59,742 nucleotides of DNA from an uncultured Anaerolineaceae bacterium (GTDB lineage: Bacteria; Chloroflexota; Limnocylindria; Limnocylindrales; CSP1-4): NCBI GenBank assembly GCA_964475245.1, contig CAYYVV010000013.1:1-59742 (forward strand), in the 5' to 3' direction. A program made the translations under genes and the position numbers. A model generated the notes under the pieces. The model had not been told where the DNA came from. It was given only the letters and a program-made list of their open reading frames with translations, and made no database searches. This document shows positions 1 through 8,861 of the stretch, piece after piece (within the stretch, counting starts at the first letter, position 1; the number at the start of each line of letters is the position of its first letter).

Positions 1-38
1 AGCGTCCGTGGTGAAACGACGGGTGGCTCGGCCGGCAT
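1..38 (-). CDS. 5' fragment of a probable xanthine dehydrogenase-family FAD-binding subunit (runs off the left edge)
   Basis: ATG at 38 overlaps the TGA of the 2Fe-2S subunit (TGATG) and reads MPAEPPVVSPRT. Its position after the Mo and Fe-S subunits fits the FAD subunit. Only 12 codons are visible. Confidence 0.55.
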   Translation of the reverse strand, partial: MPAEPPVVSPRT

Positions 39-499
39 CAGTGCTCGTCGGCCGCGAGGGCGATCGCCTCGACGATCTTGGTGTAACCCGTGCAGCGGCA
101 CAGATTGCCGGCGATTGCCTCGCGAATCGCGTCGTGGTCCGTGCCGCCGCCGTCGTCGAGATAGGCGCGCGCGGCCATGAGCATGCCCGGCGTGCAGATG
201 CCGCACTGCGCGCCGCCGCGCTCCAGAAATGCCTGCTGCAGCTCGCTCAGCGGGCCGCCCGCCGGCGCCAGACCTTCAACCGTGACGACGCTCGCGCCAT
301 CGACCTGGCAGACCGGAACGAGGCATGAATCGACGACCTGGCCGTCGACGATGACCGAGCACGCGCCGCACTCGCCTTCGCCGCAACCTTCCTTGGTTCC
401 GGTCAGCCCGAGATCCTCGCGCAGTGCGTCGAGCAGCCTGCGCATGCCCGGCACCTCGAGCGTGACGTCGGCGCCGTTGACGCTCAGCTGGTAGCTCAT
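38..499 (-). CDS. (2Fe-2S)-binding small subunit, xanthine dehydrogenase/CoxS family
   Basis: Motifs GTKEGCGEGECGACSV, QCGICTPG and GNLCRCTGY. Start trimmed to MSYQLSVNG (ATG 499), just after the large-subunit stop. Confidence 0.93.
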   Translation of the reverse strand: MSYQLSVNGADVTLEVPGMRRLLDALREDLGLTGTKEGCGEGECGACSVIVDGQVVDSCLVPVCQVDGASVVTVEGLAPAGGPLSELQQAFLERGGAQCGICTPGMLMAARAYLDDGGGTDHDAIREAIAGNLCRCTGYTKIVEAIALAADEH

Positions 500-506
500 C
501 AGCGGC

Positions 507-2963
507 TCATCCGTCGTATGGACCGCGCATCGGCTGCGGGTCGGTGGGTGCGTCGGGCGCCGGATCGAGGGCCGAATCGGGCGCACCTGCCTCGCTGGCG
601 GAAGGCGCGGGGATGGGGCTGCGGGGCGCGACCGTCGAGATGCCCGGCGGGGGCGGCGCCTTGATGCCGTAGAGAGTGGCAAGAATTCGCTCGGGCGACG
701 CGGGCAGGTCATGGACCCAGACGCCGGTCGCGTCGTGGATCGCGGCCACGACCGCTGCCGCAGGCACGTCCATGGGCAGCTCGCCTACGCCCTTGGCGCC
801 ATGCGGTGCGCCCGAGAACGGCTGCTCGACGAGGATCGAATTGATCCGCGGCGCGTCGAGCGACGTGGGGATGAGGTACGTCGCCAGGCGGTCGTTCAGG
901 TAGCGGCCGTCGGCCAGCTTGATCTCCTCGATCGTGGCGTAGCCGACGCCCTGGAGCGTGCCGCCCTCGACCTGGCCCTCGGCGAGCACGGGGTGGATGG
1001 CGTGGCCAATGTCGTCGGCCGCGACGACATCGTGGACGGTGACGTCGCCCGTGTCGAGATCGACGTGGACCTCAGCCACGGCCGCGGCCCAGCCGTATGC
1101 CGGGTACGCGTCGCCGTGGTACGTGTCGTCGTCGAACACCACTCCCGGATACGGCTCGAAGTGCTGGTCGATGCGCAGGCCGCCGCGCGCCGTCGCGTAC
1201 TCGTGGTACGAGTCGGCAAACGATCGGCCCGTGTCCTTCTCGACGGCATCGCGCAGGCGCGCGGCGGCCTTCATGACCATGCCGCCGACGACCATCGCCG
1301 TGCGTGATGCCACGGTCGGGCCGCTATCAGGGACGATCGACGTGTCCTGGGGCGCCATATCGACCTGCCCGACGTGAATGCCCAGTTGCTCGGCCGCGAG
1401 CTGCGGAAAGATCGTCTTGGTGCCCTGGCCCATCTCGGTCGACCCGGTCAGGACGCGGATCTGCCCGACAGACGTGAGCTCGACGCTGACCACGCTTTCG
1501 AGGTGGACCTCGCCACTGCCGGTGAAGCCACAGCCGTGCCATGCGAGGGCCAGGCCGATGCCGCGCGCGCTGCGCTGCGGCGCTGAGAAAAGGGCGCCCG
1601 ACTTTGCGCGCTCTCCTTGCTCGCGCCGCGCGGCTGCCGTCAACGTCCGGATGCGCTCGAACTCGGCCGCCTCGGCGGCGCGCTCGAGGACCTCCTCGCC
1701 GGCCACGCTCTCACGCAGGATCTGGCCACTGGGAGTCTCGTCGCCGATGCGATAGACCCAGCGTCGGCGGAGCTCGAGCGGCGACATCTCGAGCGCCTCG
1801 GCGATGCGGTTGACCTGCATCTCGGCCGCGAACTCGGTCTGCGGCGCGCCGAAGCCGCGGAATGCGCCATTGGGTGGCGTGTTGGTGGCCATGGCCCGGC
1901 CGCGGACGCGGACGTTGGGGCAGCTGTATGGCCCTCCGGCGTGGAGCGTGCCGCGCGACAGGACCACGGGGGTGAGCGTGCAATAGGCGCCGCCGTCGAA
2001 GATGACCTCGATGTCCTGCGCGACGAGGCGGCCGTCGCGTGTGACGCCCGTGCGATGGCGCACGATCGCCGGGTGGCGCTTGGTCGTCGCCGCGATGTCC
2101 TCGTGGCGGTCGTAGATCATGCGCACGGGCTTGCCCAGGCGCTGCGCGAGGAGCGCGGCGTGCAGGGCGATCATCGACGGGTATTCCTCTTTGCCCCCGA
2201 AGCCACCGCCTGTCTCGGCCTGGATCACGACGGCCTGCGCGTCGGTCAGGCGCAGTGCCCGTTTCATCGCCTTATGGATGTAGTACGGGCATTGCAGGGA
2301 GCCGTGGACCGTGATCCCGCCGTCTGCGTGGGGCACGGCGATCATCGCCTGGTTCTCGATGTACAGCTGCTCCTGGTGGCCGACGCGGTACTCGCCCTCG
2401 ATCACCAGCTCGGCTGCGCGAAAGCCGGCGTCCACGTCGCCCTTGCCGAGCGCGAAATGGGCGAACTCCTGCTCCGATTCAAGTGGGTCGAACACCGCGG
2501 GTAGGGCTTCGGTGCGCAGGCGGATTCGTTTGCTGGCCGCGCGCAGGGTCTCGCGGTCCGGCGCGGCGAGCAGAGCGACCGGTTCGGCGTGGTGGCGAAT
2601 CTCGCCCTCGGCGAGCACGGGCTGGTCGTCGGCGATGAGCGACACGAGGTTGTCGCCGGGGACGTCCTTGGCGGTCAGGACGACGACTCGTGACCAGTCG
2701 AAGTCCGGGTCGAGATCGATGCCCAGCAACCGGGCGTGTGCTTCGGTCGAGCGGACCGTGTGTCCGTACCAGGCGCCGGGGAAGACGAGATCGTCCGTGT
2801 ACAGGGCTGTGCCGGTGAGCTTGGCCGGGCCCTCACGCCTTGTCGGTAAAGCGCGCGCCCGCCCTGGGCCGGCTTCGCCGCGCTCGGGCGCGCGCAGCGG
2901 AGTCTCGAGGTCAGGCGAGGCGACAGATGGTCGCGTCCGGGACGGCCGCGTCGTGACTGTCAT
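507..2963 (-). CDS. Xanthine dehydrogenase-family molybdopterin-binding large subunit
   Basis: KLTGTALYTDD, GHQEQLYIE, GGGFGGKEE, NGAFRGFGAPQ, EMGQG, GPTVASR and KGVGELP (catalytic Glu). Start at ATG 2963 (MTVTT) is supported by TACCAT 8 nt upstream. Confidence 0.93.
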   Translation of the reverse strand: MTVTTRPSRTRPSVASPDLETPLRAPERGEAGPGRARALPTRREGPAKLTGTALYTDDLVFPGAWYGHTVRSTEAHARLLGIDLDPDFDWSRVVVLTAKDVPGDNLVSLIADDQPVLAEGEIRHHAEPVALLAAPDRETLRAASKRIRLRTEALPAVFDPLESEQEFAHFALGKGDVDAGFRAAELVIEGEYRVGHQEQLYIENQAMIAVPHADGGITVHGSLQCPYYIHKAMKRALRLTDAQAVVIQAETGGGFGGKEEYPSMIALHAALLAQRLGKPVRMIYDRHEDIAATTKRHPAIVRHRTGVTRDGRLVAQDIEVIFDGGAYCTLTPVVLSRGTLHAGGPYSCPNVRVRGRAMATNTPPNGAFRGFGAPQTEFAAEMQVNRIAEALEMSPLELRRRWVYRIGDETPSGQILRESVAGEEVLERAAEAAEFERIRTLTAAARREQGERAKSGALFSAPQRSARGIGLALAWHGCGFTGSGEVHLESVVSVELTSVGQIRVLTGSTEMGQGTKTIFPQLAAEQLGIHVGQVDMAPQDTSIVPDSGPTVASRTAMVVGGMVMKAAARLRDAVEKDTGRSFADSYHEYATARGGLRIDQHFEPYPGVVFDDDTYHGDAYPAYGWAAAVAEVHVDLDTGDVTVHDVVAADDIGHAIHPVLAEGQVEGGTLQGVGYATIEEIKLADGRYLNDRLATYLIPTSLDAPRINSILVEQPFSGAPHGAKGVGELPMDVPAAAVVAAIHDATGVWVHDLPASPERILATLYGIKAPPPPGISTVAPRSPIPAPSASEAGAPDSALDPAPDAPTDPQPMRGPYDG

Positions 2964-3080
2964 CGACGTCGATGGTAATCGCCGAATCGAAGTGAATCGC
3001 GTCTTCGCGTTTGCTAACTTGCCATCGGGGAGTTTGCTGCTGGCGGGTTCGCCGCTGGCGAGCCTAAGAGGAGGAGAGGG

Positions 3081-3584
3081 ATGACTGGGCTGCCGTTGCT
3101 GTTTCTGCTGCTCCACATCGGTGGAGCGGTGATCGCCTTTGGGCCGTCGTTCGCGTTCCCGATCATCGGCAGCATGGGCGGTGCCGAGCCGATGCATGCC
3201 AACTTCTCGCTGCGCCTGAGTGAGCGAATCGAGAGTCGGATCGTTCTGCCGCTCGCGATCGTCCAGGCGATCACAGGCATCGGCCTGATCTGGACAATGC
3301 CCGTCGACCTGACCAAGGCGCTCTGGCTAGATCTCGCGATCATCCTGTACGTCATTGCGCTGGGTATCGCCACGGGCAATCAGCTGCCCGTCACGAAGCG
3401 ACTGATCGAGGCGACCAAGAACCCGCCGCCTCCGCCGCCTGCGGGCACGCCCGTGCCTGCCGGGCCACCGCCGCAGATCGCGGCCATGATCAGGCGAGTT
3501 CAGCTGGGCGGCGTCGCTCTGACCGTGCTCATCCTCGTGATCATCGCCCTGATGGTGCTTGGCACGAACGGCTTCTTCGCCTAG
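3081..3584 (+). CDS. DUF2269-like integral membrane protein
   Basis: Four hydrophobic segments, an N-terminal HIxxAVIAFGP motif and a strong SD (GAGGAGG). Confidence 0.7.
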   Translation: MTGLPLLFLLLHIGGAVIAFGPSFAFPIIGSMGGAEPMHANFSLRLSERIESRIVLPLAIVQAITGIGLIWTMPVDLTKALWLDLAIILYVIALGIATGNQLPVTKRLIEATKNPPPPPPAGTPVPAGPPPQIAAMIRRVQLGGVALTVLILVIIALMVLGTNGFFA

Positions 3585-5179
3585 GTCGACGTCCCTCGCC
3601 GCACCACGCGGCCGGGAAGAGCTCCCGTGTGGCGGCCGTCGTCGACGACGACACGGCCGTTGACCAGGACGTAATCGATACCGGTCGGGAAGCGGCGCGG
3701 CTCGTCGTACGTCGCGTTTGCGGCCACGTTCGCCGGATCGAAGACGACCACGTCAGCCAGATAGCCGTCAGCGAGCCGACCTCGGTCGGCGAGCCCGAGC
3801 CGCGCCGCCGGCGCGGACGTCATCTTGCGCACGGCCTCCTCGAGACCGAGCAGGTGGCGCTCTCGGACGAACTCGCCCAGCACGCGTGGAAACGAGCCGT
3901 ACGTGCGCGGCGCAGGCTTGGCGCCGACGAACGTCGAGTCAGTGCCGAACATGCCCACCGGGTGAACCACGAAGTGATGCAGCGTCGCGTGCCACGGACC
4001 GGTCGTGACCTGGCTGACGCGCAGGTCCTCTGACAGCAGCAGATCGCAGATCGCATCGACCGCGTCGACGCCGCGCTCGTTCATGACGTCGGCGAGCGTG
4101 CGCGATTCCCACTGCAGGTTCTCGGGCCGAGTGAACGCTCCGAGCCTGACATCAGCCCAGCCCGCCGCCGACGCGTACGCCGCGCCGCGCGCAAGCAGCT
4201 CCTCGCGCAGCCGATCCCGGACAGCGCGGTCGGCCATACGCTCCTTCGCCTTGGCCGGCCCGCCGTCCTGGACCCACAGCGGCATCTGGATCAGCAGCCG
4301 CGTCGCCGCCCACTCGTACGGGTAGGTGTCGAACGTGACGTCGAGTCCCTCGGCGCGAGCGTCGTCGACCAGGGCAAGCAGCTGCTCGGGGCCGCCAGGG
4401 TATGTCTGGCGGTGGTAGAAGTGGGTGATGTGGACCGGTCCGCCGCCGCGCCGGCCGATCTCGATCGCCTCGCGGAACGGATCCAGGAAGCGATCGCCGA
4501 GCGGGTAGCGCACGTGCGTGTGGTAGAAGCCGCCGTGGCGCGCGGCTTCGCCGGTGAGCGATGCCAGCTCGGCGGTCGTGGCGTACGCGCCGGGCGGATA
4601 GTCGAGGCCGCTCGACACACCCAGCGCGCCCGCTGACATCGCATCGGCGAGCAGCGCGCGCATGTCGGCCAGCGCGCGCTCGTCGGCCGGCACGTTTCGC
4701 CAGCCGAGGCGCGAGATGCGCAACGCGCTGTTGCCGACCATGAGCCCGACGTTGACCGAAACCTTGCCGTCCAGCCGCGCGAGGTAGTCCGCCACCGACT
4801 GCCAGCTGGCCGCCAGTCCGTCCGGTCGGCCGTCCAAACCCGCGTTCATCTCGATCAGCGCGTCGAGGTCGGCCTGCGCGGGGAGCGGGGCATACGACAG
4901 CCCGTCGACGCCGATGATCTCGGTCGTCACGCCCTGGCGGACCTTTGGCTCGTGACGCGGCTCGGCCAGGATCATCAGGTCCGAGTGCGAGTGCAGGTCG
5001 ATGAAGCCGGGCGCGACGACCTTGCCGGCCGCGTCGATCCGCTGGCCCGCCTCGACCTGCGCTCCGCGCTGGATTATGCGCAGCCGGTCCCCGCTGATCG
5101 CCACGTCAGCCGCGAAACCGTCCGCGCCGGTCCCGTCGATGACGGTCCCACCGCTGATGAGCACGTCCACTGCCGGCAT
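3581..5179 (-). CDS. N-acyl-D-amino-acid deacylase (D-aminoacylase)-family amidohydrolase
   Basis: APGFIDLHSHSD, QGVTTEIIG, HTHVR, HITH, GTDS, PRTYGSFPRVLG and C-terminal GIDYVLVNG. TAGCCT lies 7 nt before the ATG. Confidence 0.9.
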   Translation of the reverse strand: MPAVDVLISGGTVIDGTGADGFAADVAISGDRLRIIQRGAQVEAGQRIDAAGKVVAPGFIDLHSHSDLMILAEPRHEPKVRQGVTTEIIGVDGLSYAPLPAQADLDALIEMNAGLDGRPDGLAASWQSVADYLARLDGKVSVNVGLMVGNSALRISRLGWRNVPADERALADMRALLADAMSAGALGVSSGLDYPPGAYATTAELASLTGEAARHGGFYHTHVRYPLGDRFLDPFREAIEIGRRGGGPVHITHFYHRQTYPGGPEQLLALVDDARAEGLDVTFDTYPYEWAATRLLIQMPLWVQDGGPAKAKERMADRAVRDRLREELLARGAAYASAAGWADVRLGAFTRPENLQWESRTLADVMNERGVDAVDAICDLLLSEDLRVSQVTTGPWHATLHHFVVHPVGMFGTDSTFVGAKPAPRTYGSFPRVLGEFVRERHLLGLEEAVRKMTSAPAARLGLADRGRLADGYLADVVVFDPANVAANATYDEPRRFPTGIDYVLVNGRVVVDDGRHTGALPGRVVRRGTST

Positions 5180-5209
5180 GCCGGCAAGGCTAGCGATCCC
5201 GACCCCGGT

Positions 5210-6553
5210 TCAGGCCGGCAGCAGGCGGCCTCTGACCCACGCGCCGCGGACCATCTGCGGCCGCGTCCGGAAGATCAGCCGGCTAGCCGTCTCGTCGGCA
5301 TCGCTCACCGTGCTCGACGGTATCGGTGCCGTCGCATGGGGGTCGATGCAGATGAAGTCGGCTTCCTTGCCCGGCTCGAGCGAGCCGACGCGGTCCTCGA
5401 TGCCCAGCGCCCGCGCGCCATCCAGCGTCCCCAGGCGCAGCCAGTCGAGCGGCCTGAGCCGTGTGCTCGAGTCGCCCAGCATGGTCGACCGCCCGCTCAT
5501 CGTGTACGCGCCGGCGCGCATCTCGCCAAAGATGCTCACGTCCGGGCCGCCCGCCACGTCGCTGCCCAGCCCGATCGTCATGCCCGCCGCGAGGTAGCGC
5601 CCGAGCGGCATAGCCCCGCTCGACAGGAACAGGTTCGACGACGGGCAATGGGCGATGCGCGTGCGCGTCTCGGCCAGCCGCGCCAGCTCACGGTCGGACA
5701 GGTGGACGGCGTGCGCCACGATCGTGCGCGGGCCGAGCGCGCCTGCGCGGTCATAGACATCGGTGTAGTCGAGCGCCTCCGGGAAGAGGCGAGTGACCTC
5801 GTCGATCTCGAGGCGGTCCTCGGCGAGGTGCGTCTGCCAATACGCGCCGGTGGCGCGGGCCAGGCTGGCCGACTCGCGCAACATGTCGGCCGTGCAGCTG
5901 ACCGCGAAGCGTGGCGTGACGGCGTACTGCAGCCGACCGTCGTCGCGGCCGTGCCAGCGTTCGATCAGGCGCTGCGTCTGGGCGAGGCTCTCGTCGAGCA
6001 CCTCGCTGTCGGGCAGCGAGCTGTCGTAGCGCAGCCGGTCCATCATCACTTTGCCCAGGACGAGACGGATGCCGTGCTCTTCTGCCGCGCCGAACGCGGC
6101 GTCGACGCTGTCCTCGTAGACGGCGCCGTAGAGCACCGCCGTTGTCGTGCCCGCAGCGGCCAGCGCGCGATAGAAGAGTGGCGCCAGGCGCCGGGCAGCA
6201 TCGGCGTGGAACTCACGCTCGAGCGGAAAGACGTACCGATCGAGCCACGTCAGCAGGTCGAGGCCCGCGCCCAGGCCTGCATTGGGCCACTGCGGCAGGT
6301 GGGCGTGCAGGTCGACGAGCCCGGGCATGACCAACAGCGGCCGCATGTCGATCGCATCCGCGCGCCCTGTCGCCGGCCAATTCTCGGCGCGCGCGATGCG
6401 GCCGGCGTTGTCAACCTCGAGCAACGCGTCGCTGATGAGGCGTGTCGACCCGTCGGGGAGTGGCGTGAGCAGTCGCGCCCGCAGCGCAAACGGGCCGTGC
6501 TTCAGCCCATCGGGCAGCTCGCTCGGCGACTCGTGGTCCTGTGCTTGTGCCAC
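5210..6553 (-). CDS. guaD: Guanine deaminase
   Basis: PGLVDLHAHLPQ, YAVTPRFAVSC, QTHLAE, AHCPSSNLFLSSG and GLGSDVAGG. GTG start at 6553 was chosen because TAACAT lies 7 nt upstream. Confidence 0.88.
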   Translation of the reverse strand: MAQAQDHESPSELPDGLKHGPFALRARLLTPLPDGSTRLISDALLEVDNAGRIARAENWPATGRADAIDMRPLLVMPGLVDLHAHLPQWPNAGLGAGLDLLTWLDRYVFPLEREFHADAARRLAPLFYRALAAAGTTTAVLYGAVYEDSVDAAFGAAEEHGIRLVLGKVMMDRLRYDSSLPDSEVLDESLAQTQRLIERWHGRDDGRLQYAVTPRFAVSCTADMLRESASLARATGAYWQTHLAEDRLEIDEVTRLFPEALDYTDVYDRAGALGPRTIVAHAVHLSDRELARLAETRTRIAHCPSSNLFLSSGAMPLGRYLAAGMTIGLGSDVAGGPDVSIFGEMRAGAYTMSGRSTMLGDSSTRLRPLDWLRLGTLDGARALGIEDRVGSLEPGKEADFICIDPHATAPIPSSTVSDADETASRLIFRTRPQMVRGAWVRGRLLPA

Positions 6554-6592
6554 TGAGCGGATGTTATTGGTCGCTATCCTGCGCGACAGGCC

Positions 6593-6871
6593 ATGCCGCA
6601 GGTTCAAGTCACCCAGGATCCACTCGTCGTCACGCTGATCGTGGGCCTGATCTGTGGCGCCGCCATCCTCGCCCTGCTCTTCGCAGGTCCATGGTCCGCC
6701 CGCGTGCCGCGTGCGCCGCGCGTGCCGAGCGTGGACGAGCACGAGCACTCCGAGCCGCCACCGACGATGGGGCCAGCGAGTCCGACCAGCATTCCTCCAG
6801 CGTCGCCGACTGAGATGCCACCTGAGCCAGCCTGGGCGAGCACCCGGCACACGCCGCCGGGGCACGACTGA
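6593..6871 (+). CDS. Small single-pass membrane protein with Pro-rich tail
   Basis: One TM segment (VVTLIVGLICGAAILALLFAG) followed by a Pro/Ser/Thr-rich tail. It fills the gap between two minus-strand genes. Confidence 0.5.
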   Translation: MPQVQVTQDPLVVTLIVGLICGAAILALLFAGPWSARVPRAPRVPSVDEHEHSEPPPTMGPASPTSIPPASPTEMPPEPAWASTRHTPPGHD

Positions 6872-6874
6872 GGG

Positions 6875-7969
6875 TCAGCCCACCGCCCGCGCCAGCGCGA
6901 ACGCTTCGTCCGACGACCCTCGGCCGAGCATCTCGTCGACGACCATTCGTGCCGACGCCGGCCCGGTCGAGATGCCCCACGCGCCGTGTCCGGCACACAC
7001 GAACAGCCCGCCTACGCCTGCGATCGCGCCGATGAACGGCCGGCCGTCGAGCGACGCGGGACGCGCGCAGACACGCACGCCGACGGGCTGCGCCTCGCCG
7101 AGCGCGGGTACGTAACGCTTGGCACGCTCGAGGATGCCCTGCACCCGACTCGCCGGATCTGGTTTTGCCGGTAAGAACGTCGATCCGACGCTCGTGTCGC
7201 TGCCGGTGGTGACGAGGCTGAACAGATCCTCTGGGTGCGGGCCGGGCCGGTCGATGCCCAGCTCTTCGAGCACGGCGTGTGGCGCATCCGGGAGGTTCAC
7301 GCTCACGACCACGCCCCACAGCGGCCGGATCGGTGGTCTCTGCGACCAGCCCGGGATGAGCTGCGGGCTCCACGGCCCTGCGGCGACCAGGACCTTCTCG
7401 CACGCGACGGCCCTGCCGCCGGTCAGCCGCACGCCGGTCACACGAGCGTCACTGACGATCGGCTCGGCCGCCTCGCCGATCTCGAGCGACGCGCCGGCGG
7501 CTCGCGCCCGTGCCGCGAACGCTTCCGTGGCCGCCGCCGGCGCAACCGGATAGCCGGTCGCGAGGCGGCACGCGTAGAGATCCGCGGCCAACGATGGCTC
7601 GAGCAGTCCGAGCTCGCGCCGCGCGATGAGCTGCGGCGCCAAGTCGGGCTCCCGCTCGGCGATCGACGCCGCAGCCTCGCTCACCGCGCGCTCGTCGGGG
7701 CTGAGCAGGAGCAGGCCGGCCGGTTCGGGCGCCAGCTCGAAGTCGGTGACCCGCGCGAGCTCGCGGTAGAGGGGCAGCGTGGCGCGATGCAGGCGCGCCA
7801 TGTGCGGCTCGAAGGGATGCTGGATCGTGCCCGAGTTGCGGCCCGACGCACCGGCGGCGATCTGCTCGCGCTCGAAGAGGCGCACGCGCACGCCAGCTTC
7901 GGCGAGGTAGGCCGCGGCCGCCGTGCCGATGATCCCGCCGCCGATCACGGCGACGTCGCAGCTATCCAT
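6875..7969 (-). CDS. FAD-dependent oxidoreductase, DAO/glycine oxidase (DadA-like) family
   Basis: VAVIGGGIIG Rossmann motif, GASGRNSG, RPASLDGRPFIG and GHGAWGISTGP. Start MDSCDV. Confidence 0.88.
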   Translation of the reverse strand: MDSCDVAVIGGGIIGTAAAAYLAEAGVRVRLFEREQIAAGASGRNSGTIQHPFEPHMARLHRATLPLYRELARVTDFELAPEPAGLLLLSPDERAVSEAAASIAEREPDLAPQLIARRELGLLEPSLAADLYACRLATGYPVAPAAATEAFAARARAAGASLEIGEAAEPIVSDARVTGVRLTGGRAVACEKVLVAAGPWSPQLIPGWSQRPPIRPLWGVVVSVNLPDAPHAVLEELGIDRPGPHPEDLFSLVTTGSDTSVGSTFLPAKPDPASRVQGILERAKRYVPALGEAQPVGVRVCARPASLDGRPFIGAIAGVGGLFVCAGHGAWGISTGPASARMVVDEMLGRGSSDEAFALARAVG

Positions 7970-8016
7970 CGCAGATAGACTCGGCGCCTGCTGCGGAGGG
8001 GGAGAAGGAGTCACCC

Positions 8017-8688
8017 ATGGACGTCCTCGACACGCTCGACGAGATGATCGACGAGCGACACTTGCTCAAGCACCCGTTCTACACGAAATGGGCCGATGGC
8101 ACGCTGCCGCTCGAGGCGCTCCAGGAGTACGCGCGCCAGTACTACGCATTCGAGTCGGCGATGCCGCGCTACCTGTCCGCGCTGCACACCCGGACTGCGG
8201 ACAAGGCCGTGCGTCAGCAGATCCTCGACAACCTATGGGATGAGGAGCACGGCAAGGACAATCACGCCGAGCTATGGCTGCGCTTCGCCGAGGGCATCGG
8301 TGTGTCACGCGAGGAGGTCCAGTCGGCGACGCCCAACGACGCGACCAGGGCCCTGACCGACACCTACTTCGAGGTGACCCGCGACGAGCCCGTCGCGGCC
8401 GGCGTCGCGGCGCTGTACGCCTACGAGCGCCAGGTGCCGCAGGTCGCGGGCTCGAAGATCGATGGGCTGGAGCGCCATTACGGCATCACCGACGCGCGGA
8501 CGCTGACCTTCTTCAAGGTCCACGGTGTGCTCGACATCGAGCATTCAGGCGCAGAGCGCGAGATGCTCGGCGAGCTTGCCGACGGAGCAGATCCGGCGCC
8601 GATCGAACAGGCCACGAGTCGTGCGCTCGACGCTTGGTGGAACTTCCTCAGCGCGGTCGATCAGCCGGCGGCGGTCGCTTCGGCCTGA
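8017..8688 (+). CDS. CADD-family heme-oxygenase-like dimetal oxidase (putative self-sacrificing pABA synthase)
   Basis: HLLKHPFY, YARQYY, NLWDEE..NH, LYAYE.Q.P..A..K and H.G.LD.EH align without gaps to the Chlamydia CADD sequence as I recall it. SD GGAGAAGGAG. Confidence 0.85.
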   Translation: MDVLDTLDEMIDERHLLKHPFYTKWADGTLPLEALQEYARQYYAFESAMPRYLSALHTRTADKAVRQQILDNLWDEEHGKDNHAELWLRFAEGIGVSREEVQSATPNDATRALTDTYFEVTRDEPVAAGVAALYAYERQVPQVAGSKIDGLERHYGITDARTLTFFKVHGVLDIEHSGAEREMLGELADGADPAPIEQATSRALDAWWNFLSAVDQPAAVASA

Positions 8689-8730
8689 CGGCCAGGCCGT
8701 GGCGCTTGGGCGCCTGCGGGACTGGAGATG

Positions 8731-8803
8731 GTGGACGACGGGCGGTCGGGTCATCTGAGTCGTTGCCGACTCGGGCTGGGGCGCTGCCAAGCCCGCCGTC
8801 CAC
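8731..8803. other. Structured stem-loop element between convergent genes
   Basis: GTGGACGACGGGC (8731-43) pairs with GCCCGCCGTCCAC (8791-8803) at 12 of 13 positions, enclosing the hairpin GAGTCG-ttgc-CGACTC (8757-72). Confidence 0.5.
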
Positions 8804-8861
8804 TGCGGGGAATGATCGCCCATGAGTCAAGCCCCTGGCCAAATCGTGCTGGCCGGGACAG

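Noticed and set aside
507-2963. Aerobic CO dehydrogenase (CoxL)
   Set aside because: The active-site loop is GAFRGFG, not AYxCSFR (form I) or AYxGAGR (form II). It fits the xanthine dehydrogenase family.
4952-6556. 534-aa plus-strand ORF (also 24945-27170+, 38828-40504-, 51692-53143-, 1617-2504+, 22983-23969+ and many shorter ones)
   Set aside because: Antisense or shadow frames of well-supported genes in high-GC DNA. They are Arg/Ala-rich and have no motifs.
8017-8688. PqqC or TenA
   Set aside because: Same fold family, but the residue pattern matches CADD. No pqq operon is present and the TenA Cys motif is not evident.
8715-8840. ZTP (pfl) riboswitch
   Set aside because: GACTGG..GGTGG...CCAC..GGGGA resembles it, but the GGCG/CGCC pseudoknot is missing and there is no downstream same-strand gene.
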